A stretch of DNA of 64,000 bases. Origin: Dudresnaya verticillata. Taxonomy: Eukaryota. The DNA is taken from the NCBI GenBank assembly GCA_977862235.1, contig OZ374558.1:1302001-1366000 (forward strand). Reading direction: 5' to 3'. The position numbers were made by a program, and so were the translations under genes. Below the pieces are notes generated by a model, which saw only the letters and a list, made by a program, of their open reading frames with translations, searched no databases and was not told where the DNA came from. Shown here in pieces: positions 61,357-64,000 of this stretch; position 1 is the stretch's first letter, and the number at the start of each line of letters is the position of its first letter.

Positions 61357-63233
61357 GAGTCGGGCTGCGCCATAGGTGCCTCCTCCACCATATCAGCTGG
61401 GGGCTCGCCAACCGCACCACCATCGACAGTCAGCACCCGCGCTGGGCGTTGCTGGTAGTTACTCGGCGGACGATTTCCCGTATTGGAGTTGGCGAAGGCC
61501 TGCCGCTTGAGGAGTAGCGCCTGATAGTTGCGCTCGCGCGCTTCCATCAGGGGACCCCTTTCGGTGTCGCTCAGATACGGACAAATTACATGGTCCGGGG
61601 AGAGGCACAAGCGACAGTAGCCGCTTCCATAGAGGCGTCTGACATCCGGTGAGGTGTGATCCGTGTGCTCTGCGGCAGGTGATTGTTTTCCAATACGGTG
61701 TTCGCCCTGCCCCTGACGGGGAGGCGTGTTGCCGTGGGGGTGACCAATATGGCTGGGATGCTGCCCGGTGGTTCCCTGACGGTGTGTGGCGGGGCCGTAG
61801 CGGCTATCAGCCGGTCCGTAACGGGGTTGCCGGGGTGGTTGCATCCGTGGCGCTGGTGGCCGAAGGTTGGGAGTCCGAGGCGGAGTAGGGTAGACACTAC
61901 TCGGTGGGGACGAGTACGCTGTAGTAAACGTAACCCCCGACGAGGTACCGGCGCTTTGACCCGCGCCACCTTCCAGGGCGAGCACATGCTCCTCCGATTC
62001 AGCGGGATACTCCGAGTAGGTATAATCCGATGGAGATTCAATCGACAGAACGCCAGAGCGTCGTGACTGACTCTTAGGTTTTCCGTCGAAGACGTGCACC
62101 GCTGAGGTTTGGCATCTGGTTGCCCGATGGGATTCTCCAAGCCCTTTAGCGTAGCGGGTGATGGCTTGGAAATCCATGTGGGGGTGTGTTGCCAGATAAT
62201 TTCTCATCTGCTGACACGTTCCCGGTAGGAGTCCTTCCACAAACAGCGACTTGAGGGACCTGTCGGAGAATACTGTACCGCATCGGAGTGCCGTAGTCCA
62301 AAGTTGGTTAGAGAATTGCTCTTCCGTTAAGGCCGACGTTTGTCGAAATGAAGTTACGTCCGAATACCCTTCGGCAATCACCTCATCGGTAGCATAAGTC
62401 CTTAGCAAAACGTTCACCACTTCGGTATAGGTGCGAAGCATCTCTGCTTGCTCCTCGTCAACCGCCATGGTGCCACCAGCGAGACGGGCCTGAAGCAAAG
62501 CTTCAGCCTGTCCACTTAAGAAAAACTGGAAACACCACAGTGCGGTTCCTTCCGAAATTGAGTTGATGTTACACGCATCCTTGAACTTCGCGAGAAATCC
62601 AAGGACCGTGATGGGGTCTGTACCGTTGAAGGAGTGGGAGTTCATTTGCACCTCCAGCTTTTTGCGGATACGACCCATATTCTGGGACAAGCTAGAGCTG
62701 TAGTATGAACTCCTTTTCTCCAGTCGGTATGTTCGGAAATCCAGCGCCTTCACGAACCTGTCGTTCAGGGGCCGGATCACCTTTGGGAGTGGCCTGTCGA
62801 CCTCTCGGTGTTTGGCGTCGTTTTTTCTGGCCCGACGCCGCTCGTCCCTATCCGTATCGGAGTAGCTCGTATCAGAGCCAGAGGAATGGGAGGAGTCATG
62901 CCCTTTTCGTCGCCTATGGCGTGACTTGCGCTTATTCTTCTTCCTATTGCGGTGTTGGCTATCATCAGATTCCGTACCGGAGTATTCTTTGTCCCGTCGC
63001 GAAGCGCGTTTGCTCCGTTGCGAACGGTCACGTTCCTTATCGGAGTGGGAGTCCTTGGCCTTTCTGTCAGCACTGTCTCTACCACTCCGGTCTTGGTTTT
63101 TTTTGGAGTCACCATCGGAGTGCTCACTGCCTCTACGCGAAGCCACCGGCACGGTGATACGTTCCCCCGCAGGCACTTCTGCGGGTCCAGGGACCGTACT
63201 CCGATTCGGTTGGGGTTGGTGTGTTGGATCCAA
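61041..63233 (-). CDS. Gypsy gag (730 aa open frame)
   Basis: Basic Ser/Arg-rich N-terminus; retrotransposon-gag-like FNGTDPITVLGFL..FRQT..LFVEGL; CRLCLSPDHVICP knuckle-like motif; upstream of pol. Confidence 0.8.
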   Translation of the reverse strand: MDPTHQPQPNRSTVPGPAEVPAGERITVPVASRRGSEHSDGDSKKNQDRSGRDSADRKAKDSHSDKERDRSQRSKRASRRDKEYSGTESDDSQHRNRKKNKRKSRHRRRKGHDSSHSSGSDTSYSDTDRDERRRARKNDAKHREVDRPLPKVIRPLNDRFVKALDFRTYRLEKRSSYYSSSLSQNMGRIRKKLEVQMNSHSFNGTDPITVLGFLAKFKDACNINSISEGTALWCFQFFLSGQAEALLQARLAGGTMAVDEEQAEMLRTYTEVVNVLLRTYATDEVIAEGYSDVTSFRQTSALTEEQFSNQLWTTALRCGTVFSDRSLKSLFVEGLLPGTCQQMRNYLATHPHMDFQAITRYAKGLGESHRATRCQTSAVHVFDGKPKSQSRRSGVLSIESPSDYTYSEYPAESEEHVLALEGGAGQSAGTSSGVTFTTAYSSPPSSVYPTPPRTPNLRPPAPRMQPPRQPRYGPADSRYGPATHRQGTTGQHPSHIGHPHGNTPPRQGQGEHRIGKQSPAAEHTDHTSPDVRRLYGSGYCRLCLSPDHVICPYLSDTERGPLMEARERNYQALLLKRQAFANSNTGNRPPSNYQQRPARVLTVDGGAVGEPPADMVEEAPMAQPDSENVAGDVQGRPRLLNATWYADQYGLCRTVSPPPLRSTPLILFQKSLLNFLHPVILSVSYNGRIIKSRLPWEGVMTSCYLSSPYWILVLGQISLTPDGFHATGCL
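61305..61356 (-). promoter_or_regulatory. Putative programmed -1 gag-pol frameshift signal
   Basis: G GAA AAC in the gag frame, 6-nt spacer, stem GGAGACG/CGTCTCC extendable by CGTCGCA/TGCGACG; the -1 frame is open into protease. Confidence 0.65.
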
Positions 63234-63238
63234 TTCGG

Positions 63239-63919
63239 TTATTGAGTTTGGGTAGGTAACCCAGGGGCTGCCGCTGTCCTTACCGGATCGGGCGGAAACA
63301 CCTGAGTGGGGATTTCTGGCATATACGTCGTTTCTCCCTTGACCGGGAAGTTGTTCCGTATCGGTGTAGGTCCAGAAAAGGGCGGCTCCTTGGGTCCCGG
63401 TAGGGGTTGTCCGGGGATGAGCATCTGCTCGATCTCCGACGCCTGACGCTCCTGACGGATGAGCGTCTGTACCAACTCCGGAAGGTGTTTCTCCAAGTAG
63501 GACCTAACAATGACCGGAACGGTGTCGGCGAGCGTGGTCTCAACCTCCTTGACCATGTTGGGCTGCACCTCTATTCGGAGATGCTCCAACACCCGTGGGA
63601 TGACCTCCGAAAGTATCCAATGGACACGATTGGAGTCACCTGGCTTGGATACACCCTTGCGGGAAGTGTCTGAACCAGGTCGGGATCTAGCGAGCTTACT
63701 GGCTACACCTTTAAGGAGTTCTTCGGGGTTCTCCATACCGGGGTTCAGGTCGGCAGCATCGCCACGGCGTGTTCTCGTGGCTGAGGCTACCTCCGGTTCG
63801 GTGGGCTCACTGCGGCGTGTTCTCGCAGTAGAGGGCACCTCCGGGATGGTGTTATCGTCACCGCGGCGTGCTCTCGCGGTTGACGGCACCTCACCTTGAT
63901 CCGATACGGTAGGGTCCAT
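63239..63919 (-). CDS. ORF upstream of gag (226 aa), probably the gag N-terminus separated by a frameshift
   Basis: ATG 63919; three EV(P/A)SxxRxRR repeats; the gag frame begins without its own ATG and is -1 relative to this ORF. Confidence 0.55.
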   Translation of the reverse strand: MDPTVSDQGEVPSTARARRGDDNTIPEVPSTARTRRSEPTEPEVASATRTRRGDAADLNPGMENPEELLKGVASKLARSRPGSDTSRKGVSKPGDSNRVHWILSEVIPRVLEHLRIEVQPNMVKEVETTLADTVPVIVRSYLEKHLPELVQTLIRQERQASEIEQMLIPGQPLPGPKEPPFSGPTPIRNNFPVKGETTYMPEIPTQVFPPDPVRTAAAPGLPTQTQ

Positions 63920-64000
63920 GTGTTCTTCTATTCTTAGGTTACCAAAATGGAGTCAACGAATGTTTTGCCTTGTCCTGCCTTTACACCAATACGGAGTTGT

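Larger units (their letters stand above)
53020..64000 (-). mobile_element. Ty3/Gypsy chromodomain-containing retrotransposon (5' LTR beyond the window)
   Basis: 3' LTR, PPT, gag, PR-RT-RH-IN-chromodomain, plus an antisense ORF. The far end should be flanked by CCAAG (53015-53019) if the TSD is 5 bp. Confidence 0.93.

Overview
Eukaryotic, almost entirely transposable-element DNA; a red-algal-type repeat region is my guess from the TE mix, not shown by the sequence. I find no intact host gene. In order: a Helitron/PIF1 helicase remnant; four tyrosine-recombinase (YR, DIRS/PAT-like) retrotransposons, one nested in another; two partial Mutator-like (MULE) copies, one with a Ulp1-like protease remnant and one with a convergent RG/RD-rich accessory ORF; a pogo-like DDE remnant; several solo LTRs, three with exact 5-bp TSDs; a fully bounded 7,963-bp PIF/Harbinger element (14-bp TIR, TGA TSD) carrying at least four captured host-gene fragments; and a Copia element interrupted by a chromodomain Gypsy with a large antisense ORF. 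Best candidates for novelty: (1) a shared YR-element end architecture, A1-gag-RT/RH/MT-YR-A2-tail, whose 3' terminus is complementary to a site starting at nt 27 of the A repeat, suggesting fold-back self-priming; (2) the gene-capturing Harbinger; (3) the Gypsy antisense ORF, frameshift signal and duplicated PPT. All calls come from motif recognition and manual alignment; no database search was run.
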